Assembly (NCBI RefSeq): GCF_051874775.1
Contig: NZ_JBJEGE010000002.1
Location: 1,697-65,696, forward strand
DNA length: 64,000 bases
Reading direction: 5' to 3'
From: Candidatus Avelusimicrobium sp.
Lineage (GTDB): Bacteria > Elusimicrobiota > Elusimicrobia > Elusimicrobiales > Elusimicrobiaceae
Part shown: positions 16,477 to 25,809 of the stretch, one piece after another
Layout: each line of letters starts with the position of its first letter
Position numbering within the stretch: the stretch's first letter is position 1
The notes under the pieces: generated by a model
The model's database searches: none
What the model was told of the DNA's origin: nothing
Seen by the model: only the letters and a program-made list of their open reading frames with translations
Made by a program: the position numbers and the translations under genes

Positions 16477-18150
16477 CTACTCCTCCAACACTTTTAAGTT
16501 GCGCAAGGCCGTTTTATTGGCGGGATCCGCTTCCACCGCGCGGCGATAGTAGTTCTGGGCCGCTTCGTCCTCCCCCGCCACTACGGCGGCCGTACCCAAA
16601 CCAAGCCAGCCGAGCGGATCCGCCGCCGATCGCACGGCTTCTTCAAAAGAATGTTGCGCCGCCGCAGCGTCCCCGCGCGCCAGGCCGGCAAGGCCCGTCA
16701 AAAGCGCGCAGATATTGCCGGCGGGACAGGAATAATCTTGTAATTCCTCCGCTGCGTCATCTACAAATTTAAGCCACGTTTTACCCATTACCCAAAGCCC
16801 CATATCGTTCCCCACAATGCGCGGATCGTACACGGCCTTAGGCGGAGCCCCGTCGTTTTGCGTCAGCGAGCGCGGCGACGCAAAATCCGCCGTGCGGCCC
16901 TGAAGCGACAAACTGACGTTATATTTCCCCTCTTCCCGCGCCACCGCCTGACGAACGCCGGAGATAAACTCCGCTATTTGGTTTTCGCGCGTTTGCACGT
17001 CGGCGGCGGGGAGCGTAAACCTCCGCTTAAACGCCCGCGGAACAACAGAAGCTCCGAATGCGTTATCGGCCCGCAGCCGTTCATACGCCCGTTCAAATGT
17101 GTTTTGGGCAGATAAATCCCCCTCGGAAACGGGCTCATATTCCAAAGACACTTCCACATTAACCGCTTTCGCCGCAGAGACATTAGACAAACTATTTTGA
17201 AATTTTTCAATTTGTTTTTCAAACGACTGCGCACTGCGTCCACTTGCGCGGTAAACCGCGTTTAATGCAAGCCCTTCCTGCTTAAAACGCGAAATGGAAA
17301 ACGCTTCCTCCAACGTCCGGCGCGCTTTATCTTCCTGCCCCTGCCGCACCAATAAAAAAGCGTAACGCAGGCGGGCCACATAATCGCCGGATTTGGTTTT
17401 TACGGCTTTTTTGTAGTATTTTAACGCGTCCTCCGTGCGGCCCAGTTTTTCGTACAAAGCCCCCAAACTAAGCTGTGCGTCCTCGTAAGACGGGAATAAT
17501 TTTAACGCTTTTTTAAATGAAGTTTCCGCCTGCCCGTCGCGCCCCAGAGCCTCGTAAAGCGTACCTAACTGGTAGTGATACAACGGCTCGCGCGGCGCGA
17601 GGTCCGCCGCACGGCGGAAATGCTCCAAGGCTTTATCCAAATGATTTTGTACGGCGTATGTGGAGCCTAAATTCATATGGGTATCGGCCTTGTTCGGATC
17701 CAATTTATTAGCGGTTAAAAAGTATTCCTGCGCCTGCGCAACATCGCCTTTCCAGCCGTACGCAATCCCCAATAACTGGTACGCCATAGCGGTATCGGGC
17801 GACAGGCGAAGGGCCTCGTTGTACTCCGTTATGGCTTCATCCACCTTGCCTTCCCAATACAAGGACGCGCCAAACAACAGGTGCGCCATAGGGTCTTTGG
17901 CGTTCTTAACTACAGCTTTGGCAAAACTGTTGGAAGCTTCCCGATAGCGCGCCTGAGCCATTTCGCCCATACCGCGGCGCATATCGGAGGCGGATTGGTC
18001 CCGCATAATTTGATCCCAAACGGTTTGGGAGTAATCGGTTTTGAGTTCCTGTTTACGGAAAGAAAACGGGAAAAACGCCCGCGCGGGCACGGGCCCCGCA
18101 ATCACCAGGACGGCACACAGCAAAAAGGAATTGATCCGTTTAACGAGCAT
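16477..18150 (-). CDS. Tetratricopeptide-repeat protein (exported)
   Basis: Signal-like N-terminus, followed by repeated A..Y..AL.l.P TPR units at both ends of the protein. Confidence 0.8.
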   Translation of the reverse strand: MLVKRINSFLLCAVLVIAGPVPARAFFPFSFRKQELKTDYSQTVWDQIMRDQSASDMRRGMGEMAQARYREASNSFAKAVVKNAKDPMAHLLFGASLYWEGKVDEAITEYNEALRLSPDTAMAYQLLGIAYGWKGDVAQAQEYFLTANKLDPNKADTHMNLGSTYAVQNHLDKALEHFRRAADLAPREPLYHYQLGTLYEALGRDGQAETSFKKALKLFPSYEDAQLSLGALYEKLGRTEDALKYYKKAVKTKSGDYVARLRYAFLLVRQGQEDKARRTLEEAFSISRFKQEGLALNAVYRASGRSAQSFEKQIEKFQNSLSNVSAAKAVNVEVSLEYEPVSEGDLSAQNTFERAYERLRADNAFGASVVPRAFKRRFTLPAADVQTRENQIAEFISGVRQAVAREEGKYNVSLSLQGRTADFASPRSLTQNDGAPPKAVYDPRIVGNDMGLWVMGKTWLKFVDDAAEELQDYSCPAGNICALLTGLAGLARGDAAAAQHSFEEAVRSAADPLGWLGLGTAAVVAGEDEAAQNYYRRAVEADPANKTALRNLKVLEE

Positions 18151-18254
18151 ACGTATATGATAGAAAAAAGGGAAGAACGGGGCAAATGAAAAAGGGGGTT
18201 AGGAAGGGATTATCCCGTAGGGGCGTAGTAGGAAATTCCGCTGTTATTAATTAA

Positions 18255-18286
18255 GTCATCCCCGAGTGATTTTGTCGGGATCTGAC
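18255..18286. repeat. Hairpin repeat family member
   Basis: GTCATCCCCGAG-TGATTTTG-TCGGGATCTGAC, imperfect stem, intergenic. Confidence 0.6.
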
Positions 18287-18292
18287 TCCGCT

Positions 18293-18331
18293 AAAAAAAG
18301 CATCCCCGAGAGGAAAACTCCTCTCGGGGAT
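18293..18331 (-). terminator. Rho-independent terminator after the 1260-aa gene; stem belongs to the same repeat family
   Basis: ATCCCCGAGAGG-N6-CCTCTCGGGGAT perfect 12-bp stem; on the minus strand it is followed by GCTTTTTTT. Confidence 0.9.
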
Positions 18332-18342
18332 AGATTGAGACT

Positions 18343-21300
18343 TTACGGCGCATACTTAGATTCTTCATACGCTTGGCCACACAGACCAGCACGGCCATTC
18401 TCAGGTTTCTCTCGGGCGCCCTCTTCACATAACACTTGAATATATTTTAACGCATCCGCTATACTCATTGTCTCTTGTCCATATTCACAAGACTCGTTGA
18501 TCTTCAACAGACTCTGATAGGCCTTATGATACTGTTGTCTGTTCACATCATCAATCGTCTTATTGGTGCTTCCATCTAACGTACCTGCTGCTACACGAGT
18601 AAACAGAGGCTGATCTCCCTTTTTAGCCAATGCCTGCAACGGAAAGTCCTTCCAGATGCCTTCCTTTAATACATTGATATAGGGATCTCTATCGAAACCA
18701 TTTAAATTCCGATCTCTATACTCCGCTTCATTCCAGTTATAAAGGCCATAGTGGTAGCCAGACATATCGGTGGTACCCTTATATTTGTAAACTTTTCCAC
18801 CTGCGCAACCGTAGAAACGATCATCTCTATATTTTGTCCCTTCAGACTCACTCTCCTTCCGATAGAAATTCGTAGGGTAGAACGAAGAGTCGTAGCCAAT
18901 AAAGGCCAAAAAGGAACCCAATGCATTTGTCCGTTTAGTAACCTGCGGATCTCTAGACTGACTGGCAATCGCCTTACCTACCGCACAAACCGTATCTTTC
19001 GGCACATTGTTTTTCCCTACGGCTTGCATAATGCGCATAGCATCTACCACTTGAGCCACCATCGCGCCATTCTCACCAATCTGTTGTGCATCATAGGCGT
19101 TCATTTCAGTCTCTTTTGCCTGACCATTATAACTATTAATAGCCTGTGTCAAGAAATCGACAGTGCTTTGATCCATATAAATCGTCGTGTTCGACATATC
19201 CCGAATCTCACACCTCTTCCACGGAGCACCTGCATTTTCGGAACTCGGATTAGAACGCGCCTGCTCCGACAAGACCTGATCCGGCATTTTAGTAAAGTCG
19301 GTATAGAAACTTACTTTAGTGCGCGGAGTCGGGGGAGTAGCACCCGTACAAGGGGGATCGTTCGGATTCGTCATAGATTTAACCCAGACGTTGTTACGGC
19401 ACGTTTGTTGCCAGTGGCAGCCTTTCGGATCATCCGGCAAATTTTGCACTGTTCCGTCTTTACATACACAGTCGGGGTTCGTTTTGGTCCATTCGGTCCA
19501 ATATCCATTCGGGCAAGTGCGCACTTCATCACAACCATTGTCGGGATTTTGTCTCGTTTCACGCGCTCCTTTATCGCAGTCTGTCCGGGGTTCCGGCTCA
19601 ATACTAACAACTTCGCCTTCGTCGCCGTACACACAGGTGGCAGACGATACTACAATACCGGGCAAGTCTTTAGCGTTCACGCCACCTGCCTTCTCATTCC
19701 AAGTTCGTCCGCAAGCGCCGTCGGCAATCGTTCTGCCGAAGCTCCACGGTGTTTCAGCATTCCAGCACTGGCGGATTTCCCACGTTACCGCGGCGGATTT
19801 GGTGGCATCACCCGCATCTCCCATAGCGTTGAGGACAGCTTGGGCACCTTTTCCGGAAGCCGCGATATTGTATTTGGCGGCAATTTCTCTGCCGCCGTTT
19901 TTCGCTAATACTTCTTCCGGAACATAATCTTGCGTATTGTCAATCGTCTGGACAAAGTAGCCTTTCGGAGCATCGTTGGCATTTAAACGGTTTTCCACTC
20001 TGTACGTTACGCGGAACATTTTCTGCACGTCCTTCGCTGACGCAGCTTTGGCTGCACTTTTACCCACATTGGGGAAGCTTAAAAACGCCGCCGGATTTCC
20101 CAACGTTTTCAGATCACCGAAATCTACGCCAGCCGTCGCCGTATCGTGGCAGGAAACAAATGCCAGAGGATACGCACAGCGCGCGCCCGTTTCCCAACTT
20201 TTGCCGCGTTTGCCGCCTTTCACGGACATTAATACAGAGCTCTCTTGGTTGACTGCATTTCCAACTCTTAACCCACCATCACTTAGTTTGTCCAAGAACT
20301 CCTTATATGTCAATTCGTGCGTATAACCGTTCTTATCAACTAAACCCGTCATCGGGTCGTAGTCTGCTATTTGTTTCCCGTCCCTGGATATGGCTGGATT
20401 AGGGGTCGGATTTACTGTACCATTGTCGTTTTTTACTTTTTTATTTTTTACCGCAACGCTTTCAATAAACAGCGGAATAAAAGCTTTTTGATTCATCAGC
20501 TGCCCTGTAGCCTCCGGATTGACGGAGAAAGTGGCACCCTTGCCTATATACCCGACATGCAGCAACTCGTAGCGGTCATTATCTGAACCCTTGACATATT
20601 CCTTCCAATCAGCGCTGCGTACACCCACAATATAATGGTACAGGGAATATTTGCCGCTGTACGAGGCGGTATAATGACCGTCTTTGTAGAAGGTATTGCA
20701 GTCGCCTAATTCCGCTAAACCTTCGGAGGCTTTACGCGCTTTGCGGGCGGCAAAAACGCCATTACTCAAACAATCTAAGCGTTGCGAAATAGGTCCTAAA
20801 GAAGTCTTATTCTTTTTAGCCTCAACCCATTTCGTAGTACACCCTACCTCAGGATGAGCAATTACCCAGCCTTTACAAGCGTTAGGATTAAATTCCACAT
20901 TGGGAGCGGCTCCTTTGAATTTTTCTTCGTTCATACCACAACATTCGGCACCACCACCCACACCCGCGGGCGCACCAAACATCTTGCCCATAGACCAGTC
21001 ATCGGTACCTGTAATCACACAGGACAATAAACCATCAGCCAGTTTTTGCGCAAGCCCTGTGGCGAAATCAATCCAACCCCATTTGTAGTTGAATTTTTTC
21101 TCCCATTCCATTTGGGAGCGTTGTTTCATCATATCCCACCACCAAGGCTCTTTACCGTTAAAGGCAAAGTTGCGCTCCAACTTACCGTTTCCGCCGCCAG
21201 GGCCGCCCATCTCTCCGCTAAGAATACCGCCAATTTTACCGGGTTCAATAGCTCTCATCTGCGCGTCCCGCAGGGCCTGCACCGCATTGGCTTTGGACAT

Positions 21301-22125
21301 AGCGTCTTTGGAGCGTCTGGCTTCTGCCGCCGCACCTTGACCAAAATACGATCGGGAAGGTTTGCCTACCGCCTGCAACGGTTGCAAGGAAACCGGCTTG
21401 GGGGAAGATTTAGGTGCATCCGCTTGCACTTTATTAGCGGCCTGCTTTAAACCGCCGCCCCACATTCCAACACCCAATTTTCCACCGCCACGAGAGGTTA
21501 ACCCCGCACTACGAAGCGGATTGATATTGGTTTTTTTAAAAGCGGCGCGCGTAGCGGGCGCGGCTTGTTTGCGATATCGGGTGATGTTCGTTTCGTTACG
21601 TTCGCTCGTCCGATTGCTGGAGCTGCCGTAATCATCATCAAAACCGCTTCTTTCCAAATCGCTTCTGTACGGAAGGTCGTCCGAAGTTTCTACCGGCTCG
21701 CCGCCAAAGCCCTTGATTAAAGACAGCGAATCACGGCCGGAAAGCTGCGCAATCTGGTTTTCGGGGTCGCCCGTCAGCGTATCAAAACCGGAACGGGTGG
21801 GATCAAACTCCGTTCCTTCCAAACCAGGGGTAACCATAGAAGGCTCTTCTCCTGCGCTGCCGGAGTATTTATACAAGAACGGCAACAACAAAAGAGCTGC
21901 AATGGCCGCAATAAAGAACGGCGCATCCCTTTTGGTTCTCTCAAAAAGAGTTTTTTTAGGTTTCCCGTCGCTCCCAATTTTGGAAGAAATACGGTTAGCG
22001 AAAGATTTCGAAGCGGCAGGTTTGCTGTTCTTGATCTTATCGCTAAAAGTAAAGCTGTCCTTTTTGCCCTCGTTTCCAACCGGAGCCAAAGGAACAACTT
22101 TTTTATCCTTTTTTTCTTCAGGCAT
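18343..22125 (-). CDS. Orphan large membrane-anchored, Cys-rich protein (1260 aa)
   Basis: AGGAGG RBS 5 nt upstream. Lys-rich N-terminus, one TM (PFFIAAIAALLLLPFLY), a Gly/Ser-rich linker, then a long Cys- and Trp-rich extracytoplasmic region. No family recognised. Confidence 0.75.
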   Translation of the reverse strand: MPEEKKDKKVVPLAPVGNEGKKDSFTFSDKIKNSKPAASKSFANRISSKIGSDGKPKKTLFERTKRDAPFFIAAIAALLLLPFLYKYSGSAGEEPSMVTPGLEGTEFDPTRSGFDTLTGDPENQIAQLSGRDSLSLIKGFGGEPVETSDDLPYRSDLERSGFDDDYGSSSNRTSERNETNITRYRKQAAPATRAAFKKTNINPLRSAGLTSRGGGKLGVGMWGGGLKQAANKVQADAPKSSPKPVSLQPLQAVGKPSRSYFGQGAAAEARRSKDAMSKANAVQALRDAQMRAIEPGKIGGILSGEMGGPGGGNGKLERNFAFNGKEPWWWDMMKQRSQMEWEKKFNYKWGWIDFATGLAQKLADGLLSCVITGTDDWSMGKMFGAPAGVGGGAECCGMNEEKFKGAAPNVEFNPNACKGWVIAHPEVGCTTKWVEAKKNKTSLGPISQRLDCLSNGVFAARKARKASEGLAELGDCNTFYKDGHYTASYSGKYSLYHYIVGVRSADWKEYVKGSDNDRYELLHVGYIGKGATFSVNPEATGQLMNQKAFIPLFIESVAVKNKKVKNDNGTVNPTPNPAISRDGKQIADYDPMTGLVDKNGYTHELTYKEFLDKLSDGGLRVGNAVNQESSVLMSVKGGKRGKSWETGARCAYPLAFVSCHDTATAGVDFGDLKTLGNPAAFLSFPNVGKSAAKAASAKDVQKMFRVTYRVENRLNANDAPKGYFVQTIDNTQDYVPEEVLAKNGGREIAAKYNIAASGKGAQAVLNAMGDAGDATKSAAVTWEIRQCWNAETPWSFGRTIADGACGRTWNEKAGGVNAKDLPGIVVSSATCVYGDEGEVVSIEPEPRTDCDKGARETRQNPDNGCDEVRTCPNGYWTEWTKTNPDCVCKDGTVQNLPDDPKGCHWQQTCRNNVWVKSMTNPNDPPCTGATPPTPRTKVSFYTDFTKMPDQVLSEQARSNPSSENAGAPWKRCEIRDMSNTTIYMDQSTVDFLTQAINSYNGQAKETEMNAYDAQQIGENGAMVAQVVDAMRIMQAVGKNNVPKDTVCAVGKAIASQSRDPQVTKRTNALGSFLAFIGYDSSFYPTNFYRKESESEGTKYRDDRFYGCAGGKVYKYKGTTDMSGYHYGLYNWNEAEYRDRNLNGFDRDPYINVLKEGIWKDFPLQALAKKGDQPLFTRVAAGTLDGSTNKTIDDVNRQQYHKAYQSLLKINESCEYGQETMSIADALKYIQVLCEEGAREKPENGRAGLCGQAYEESKYAP

Positions 22126-22147
22126 AAGAGCCTCCTGTTAATTTTTT

Positions 22148-22178
22148 AAAACTGCAAAAGTGAGGGTTGGCCCCTCAC
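22148..22178 (-). promoter_or_regulatory. Terminator-like hairpin inside the 5' leader of the 1260-aa gene (possible attenuator)
   Basis: Minus strand: GTGAGGG-GCCAA-CCCTCAC followed by TTTTGCAGTTTT. Located between the promoter at 22296-22323 and the RBS. Confidence 0.45.
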
Positions 22179-22295
22179 CGCCCGAGCAGACTTTTTACAA
22201 AGTCTCCCGTTTTATACTGTAACCATAATAAAAAGTCGTTGTTCGAAGATGGTCCCCCACTCCGTAACAACTTGAGCAAACATACCTCTATTCTT

Positions 22296-22323
22296 ATTAT
22301 ACAATTAAATTTCGTTTTTTCAA
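22296..22323 (-). promoter_or_regulatory. Strong sigma70-type promoter for the 1260-aa gene
   Basis: Minus strand: TTGAAA, 16 nt, TATAAT. Predicts a ~160-nt leader. Confidence 0.65.
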
Positions 22324-22346
22324 GGGGGAATTTTGCACTTTCTACG

Positions 22347-23876
22347 TTAATCCACATTCCCCACCCAAAACGTGCTGTCCTTCATATTAAGTTCGGAAAA
22401 GAAATCGCTAGCGTCAGGGTTTCTGGGCTTACCGTCTTCCGTACTGATGTTAAACGTTTCGCCCACCAATTCACCGATAGCATCTTGGGAAAAACCTTTC
22501 ACGTCTTCCGCTTTTATATTCTCTACTTTTTCACGACACGCGGCTTGCGCGGATGCGGTGGACAACGCATTACATTTGTTTTCTTCTTCCTTACAGTAGG
22601 ATGAAAAATCAGTAAACAAATCATCCAACTTATATGTGGTGCATTTACCTTCATTCATAGAAATACGGCACTTGCTTCCTAGATTTTTTCCATAGGACGT
22701 ATTTACTTGTTCACAAAGACTTCTGATTCCGTTCAAACGGTTAGGATATCCGCTCCCCGAAACAGCACCGCAAGTAGCGGGAAAAGAACCTTTAATTCCT
22801 TTAATTTGTTCGCGCGCTTGCTCTTTTAAACTACTCACTTTATCACCTACGTCCTGTATTGCCTGCTGACATTCTTTATCCAGTTCCAAATATTTTTGGA
22901 CACTTCCCATATCGGCCACCACGTCATCGGAGTTAATCCCCACGCCCGAAAAGCCCGACGCGGAAAATACGGACTTTGGCATTTCCATATTGTCAAAACT
23001 GGCGGATGCCAACGTTTTTTTCAAAATGAGATTAGGTGTACGACGAGCCGCCTTACCATACAGCCACGCGTGGTACATATCCCGATGGGCGCGGCTTTGG
23101 CCCAATTCCTGCACCCCGCCAAAACCGGTAAGAGTACCGCCTTTATCGATATTCTTGACGATATTAGCAAGGCCGGAATCCGAGCGGGTGGCTTTATCCA
23201 CCAAGCGGCCCATCCAATCATCAGAAACGGCTCCGGTGATATTCGGGTTAGCAATTTTTTTAAGCGCACCAACGGAATCATATCCGTGCGTTTTATCCCG
23301 CACGATGGCGGAAACGTCCGCCCCAAAAAACACCTCTCCAGTTTTAGCCGCATCAGCCCGCGTAGTGGCGGATACTGTTGTATTGCCGATTTTAATATCC
23401 GAAGGTCTTTGATCTTCCCCTGTATCCGCCGCAGAATAAGACACTTTCAGCGCGTCTTGCGCTTGGCCTTTGCGCGCGAGTGAATCATTAACGGCACGCA
23501 GATTAATCAGTTTATTTTGCGCAGGCGCAGAAAAAGAAGCCCAAAAGCCCCCGCCTTCGCCAAACACGGATACGGCATCCGGATCCGGCAGTTCCCCGCG
23601 CAAAATTTTTTGATGTTCATTCCACGAAAAAAGCGCCCGTAAGAGCGAAATTTTTTGGGTTTCATCCGGCGTATATCCCATTGCATACGCCAAATTGCGC
23701 AGGAACGGGATTTTGCCCACCGGCACAAATCCGCCGATAAACAGCAAAACTAAAAAGAACACAAGAACCACCCACGCTTTTTTGGATCGAAAAGCGCTTT
23801 TGGTTTCCTCCCACACGGCAGTGAAAAACGGTTGTTTTTCCTGCTGTTCATTTTTGGTTTCGTTTTGGTTTTGCAT
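22347..23876 (-). CDS. Orphan membrane-anchored protein (509 aa)
   Basis: Polar N-terminus, one TM (AWVVLVFFLVLLFIGGFVPV), and an extracytoplasmic domain whose C-terminal third is Cys-rich. No family recognised. Confidence 0.7.
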   Translation of the reverse strand: MQNQNETKNEQQEKQPFFTAVWEETKSAFRSKKAWVVLVFFLVLLFIGGFVPVGKIPFLRNLAYAMGYTPDETQKISLLRALFSWNEHQKILRGELPDPDAVSVFGEGGGFWASFSAPAQNKLINLRAVNDSLARKGQAQDALKVSYSAADTGEDQRPSDIKIGNTTVSATTRADAAKTGEVFFGADVSAIVRDKTHGYDSVGALKKIANPNITGAVSDDWMGRLVDKATRSDSGLANIVKNIDKGGTLTGFGGVQELGQSRAHRDMYHAWLYGKAARRTPNLILKKTLASASFDNMEMPKSVFSASGFSGVGINSDDVVADMGSVQKYLELDKECQQAIQDVGDKVSSLKEQAREQIKGIKGSFPATCGAVSGSGYPNRLNGIRSLCEQVNTSYGKNLGSKCRISMNEGKCTTYKLDDLFTDFSSYCKEEENKCNALSTASAQAACREKVENIKAEDVKGFSQDAIGELVGETFNISTEDGKPRNPDASDFFSELNMKDSTFWVGNVD

Positions 23877-23895
23877 AAGGGATTCGACAGAACTT

Positions 23896-23922
23896 GGAGG
23901 AGCCGCGCTAAACGGCTCCTCC
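23896..23922 (-). promoter_or_regulatory. Perfect 10-bp GC-rich hairpin in the intergenic spacer between two orphan genes
   Basis: GGAGGAGCCG-N7-CGGCTCCTCC with no T-run. The only SD-like sequence upstream of the 509-aa gene is sequestered in this stem. Confidence 0.4.
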
Positions 23923-23934
23923 TTACAAAATTAC

Positions 23935-25512
23935 TTATTTACTGGCAGCTTCACCTATAACCTGTTGCGCTACTTGACTAGCTCCGGCAACTCCAGCTAG
24001 TTTTAAGGCTTTTGTTGCCTGTAGTTGAAACTTAGCAATCTCAGTAGAGGAAAGAGCGCCTTGCATCGCCTTTATCCCTAAAGCTGTCAATCCAGCAATA
24101 GCCCCAACAGAAACAAGCAACGACAATATGGGCATAAACCCACCACCATACTTGGAAAGGTAACTAGAGGCAAAACCAAGCACGGTGGCCGCATAAGCTG
24201 CCGTTACCCCTATAGCGACCCAGCCCAAAGTCATATGTAACTTACCTTTAGCTATCTGTTGAAGACCCATCGCTTTCAGTCCCGAACAGTAAGGCATCTG
24301 GCTCATAGAAAGCAACAATTGGCCCTGCCATATTTCCAGACGGCCTTTAAAAATTAACCCACCGGCAAAGGACATTGTTACCAATGTAGCGGCAATTAAC
24401 GCAAGAGTCATCCACAGCAAACGCGTACGGGCTTTGCTTCTCTCCTTAGAGTTATCCTCTTGCTTTTGTCCCCAATCGCCAAGTGCTTTTAAGTTACGCG
24501 ATTCCGGCGCAGCAAAATCAGCCGAACCCGTGGTCGTCGTATCAGCCCCGCCGTCAATACTCATCCCTGCGCTGGTAGCGGTGTTGGCCAAAAAAGGACG
24601 GGCTCCCGCCACCGTGCCGCGGTTACGGTCTTTGGCGACATCGGCCGACATCTTAGAAATTTTCTTCAAATCATCTTTTTCGTTTACACGGCGGCCACTA
24701 CGTCCGAAATTAGCATTTCGTCCACCCGCCAAAAAGGTAGAACCGCTGCCCCGTCCACCCAACGAAGTCTCATAAGAGGAAACCACATTGGAACCACTAG
24801 GCATCGCACCGGAAAAATTGTAACCTTCCGAACCTGAGGCACGAGAAGAACCTGCGTTTCGTCCGCCTGAGGTACCGCCGGATACCATTCCACCCGTAGA
24901 ACCAAACGTCGCGTTAAAAGAATTTCCCGACGCACGGGCCATAGAGGCCGCAGCCAATCGTCCACCCGAATTGCTGCTGGAAGCGGAGGCCGCAGCAGGA
25001 GTAGCCGCCGATCCCTGCAGAACAGAAACGGAAGGAACTCCCGATGGAGAAGATCCCATAGTTCCTGTTTCCCCACCTGCAGGAATTTCCTTCAAATCCA
25101 CGCCGCCGGTACCTAAACCGTCCGAAGAGGAAATACGCGCGGCTGACCCGATACCGGAAGCGGAAAATTTAGCTTCCAAATTATCCGCAGCCGTCAAGCC
25201 GAAATCATTTTTAGACGTATATCCTTCCAATCGTTCGCGGTCGGCTCCCACGGCAACACCCTTTCCTCCTGCACGGTTTTGGATATTCATAGAGGTTAAC
25301 ATCCCGTCTGCTCGGCGGTTTAAACCATCATAAGCTGAGGATGAAGCCGCAACGGACGACAAAGCACGCAGTGGAATGTCGTTATCCAAAATTTGGTCGG
25401 TCTTAAAAGCTCCGTAAGTGGCCATCATACCCACCCCAGCAATAGTAAGCACTTGGGGCGCGCCTATAACAAGCTTGCCTGACTTGTTCTTTAAAAAATT
25501 CAGGATTTTCAT
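23935..25512 (-). CDS. Orphan polytopic membrane protein, Ser/Gly-rich (525 aa); paralog of 25810-27255
   Basis: AGGAG RBS. N-terminal TM, a ~300-aa S/G/A/N-rich low-complexity region, the conserved block SADVAKDRNRGTVAGARPFLANT, and 3-4 C-terminal TM helices. Confidence 0.75.
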   Translation of the reverse strand: MKILNFLKNKSGKLVIGAPQVLTIAGVGMMATYGAFKTDQILDNDIPLRALSSVAASSSAYDGLNRRADGMLTSMNIQNRAGGKGVAVGADRERLEGYTSKNDFGLTAADNLEAKFSASGIGSAARISSSDGLGTGGVDLKEIPAGGETGTMGSSPSGVPSVSVLQGSAATPAAASASSSNSGGRLAAASMARASGNSFNATFGSTGGMVSGGTSGGRNAGSSRASGSEGYNFSGAMPSGSNVVSSYETSLGGRGSGSTFLAGGRNANFGRSGRRVNEKDDLKKISKMSADVAKDRNRGTVAGARPFLANTATSAGMSIDGGADTTTTGSADFAAPESRNLKALGDWGQKQEDNSKERSKARTRLLWMTLALIAATLVTMSFAGGLIFKGRLEIWQGQLLLSMSQMPYCSGLKAMGLQQIAKGKLHMTLGWVAIGVTAAYAATVLGFASSYLSKYGGGFMPILSLLVSVGAIAGLTALGIKAMQGALSSTEIAKFQLQATKALKLAGVAGASQVAQQVIGEAASK

Positions 25513-25521
25513 AATACTCTC

Positions 25522-25794
25522 CTATTCTTTTACGCCGTCCACCGCATTCTTAACACGGTTCTGAGGCTGTTGCTGCCCCTCAAACGATTGGCGGTATCTG
25601 GCCGCACGGCGTGCACGCTCTTCTTTTAGCTGCTGCTCTTCCTGCAGGGCCTGAAAGCGGGCGTTTATCTGGCGGCCTTCAATAAAAATTGCCACTCCCC
25701 AACCGAGCCACAAGGCTATCAAGGCAAAAGCAATTATTCTAGGAATACAATTACGCTTATTCCAAGGTTCTATAATAATATTTCCTATTTGCAT
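25522..25794 (-). CDS. Small bitopic membrane protein with charged coiled-coil tail (90 aa)
   Basis: AGAGG RBS. TM segment IIAFALIALWLGWGVAIFI, then the Gln/Glu/Arg-rich tail QALQEEQQLKEERARRAARY. Confidence 0.6.
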   Translation of the reverse strand: MQIGNIIIEPWNKRNCIPRIIAFALIALWLGWGVAIFIEGRQINARFQALQEEQQLKEERARRAARYRQSFEGQQQPQNRVKNAVDGVKE

Positions 25795-25809
25795 ATTAAC
25801 CTCTATAAA

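Noticed and set aside
18751-19908. 385-aa plus-strand ORF, and many other 60-250-aa ORFs antisense to long genes (e.g. 1059-1688, 9312-10001, 22896-23483, 43828-44331, 48718-49353, 56743-57507, 57881-58531)
   Set aside because: They lie entirely inside well-supported genes on the opposite strand. Their composition is Arg/Ile/Phe/Cys-rich and shadow-like, they have no RBS, and they carry no recognisable motif. Treated as antisense shadow ORFs.
22126-22295. c-di-GMP (GEMM-I/II) riboswitch in the leaders of the 1260-aa gene and the giant adhesin gene
   Set aside because: The conserved GEMM elements (GCAAAnC tetraloop-receptor context, ACGCAAAGC) are not present in either leader. The leaders are kept only as unclassified structured leaders.
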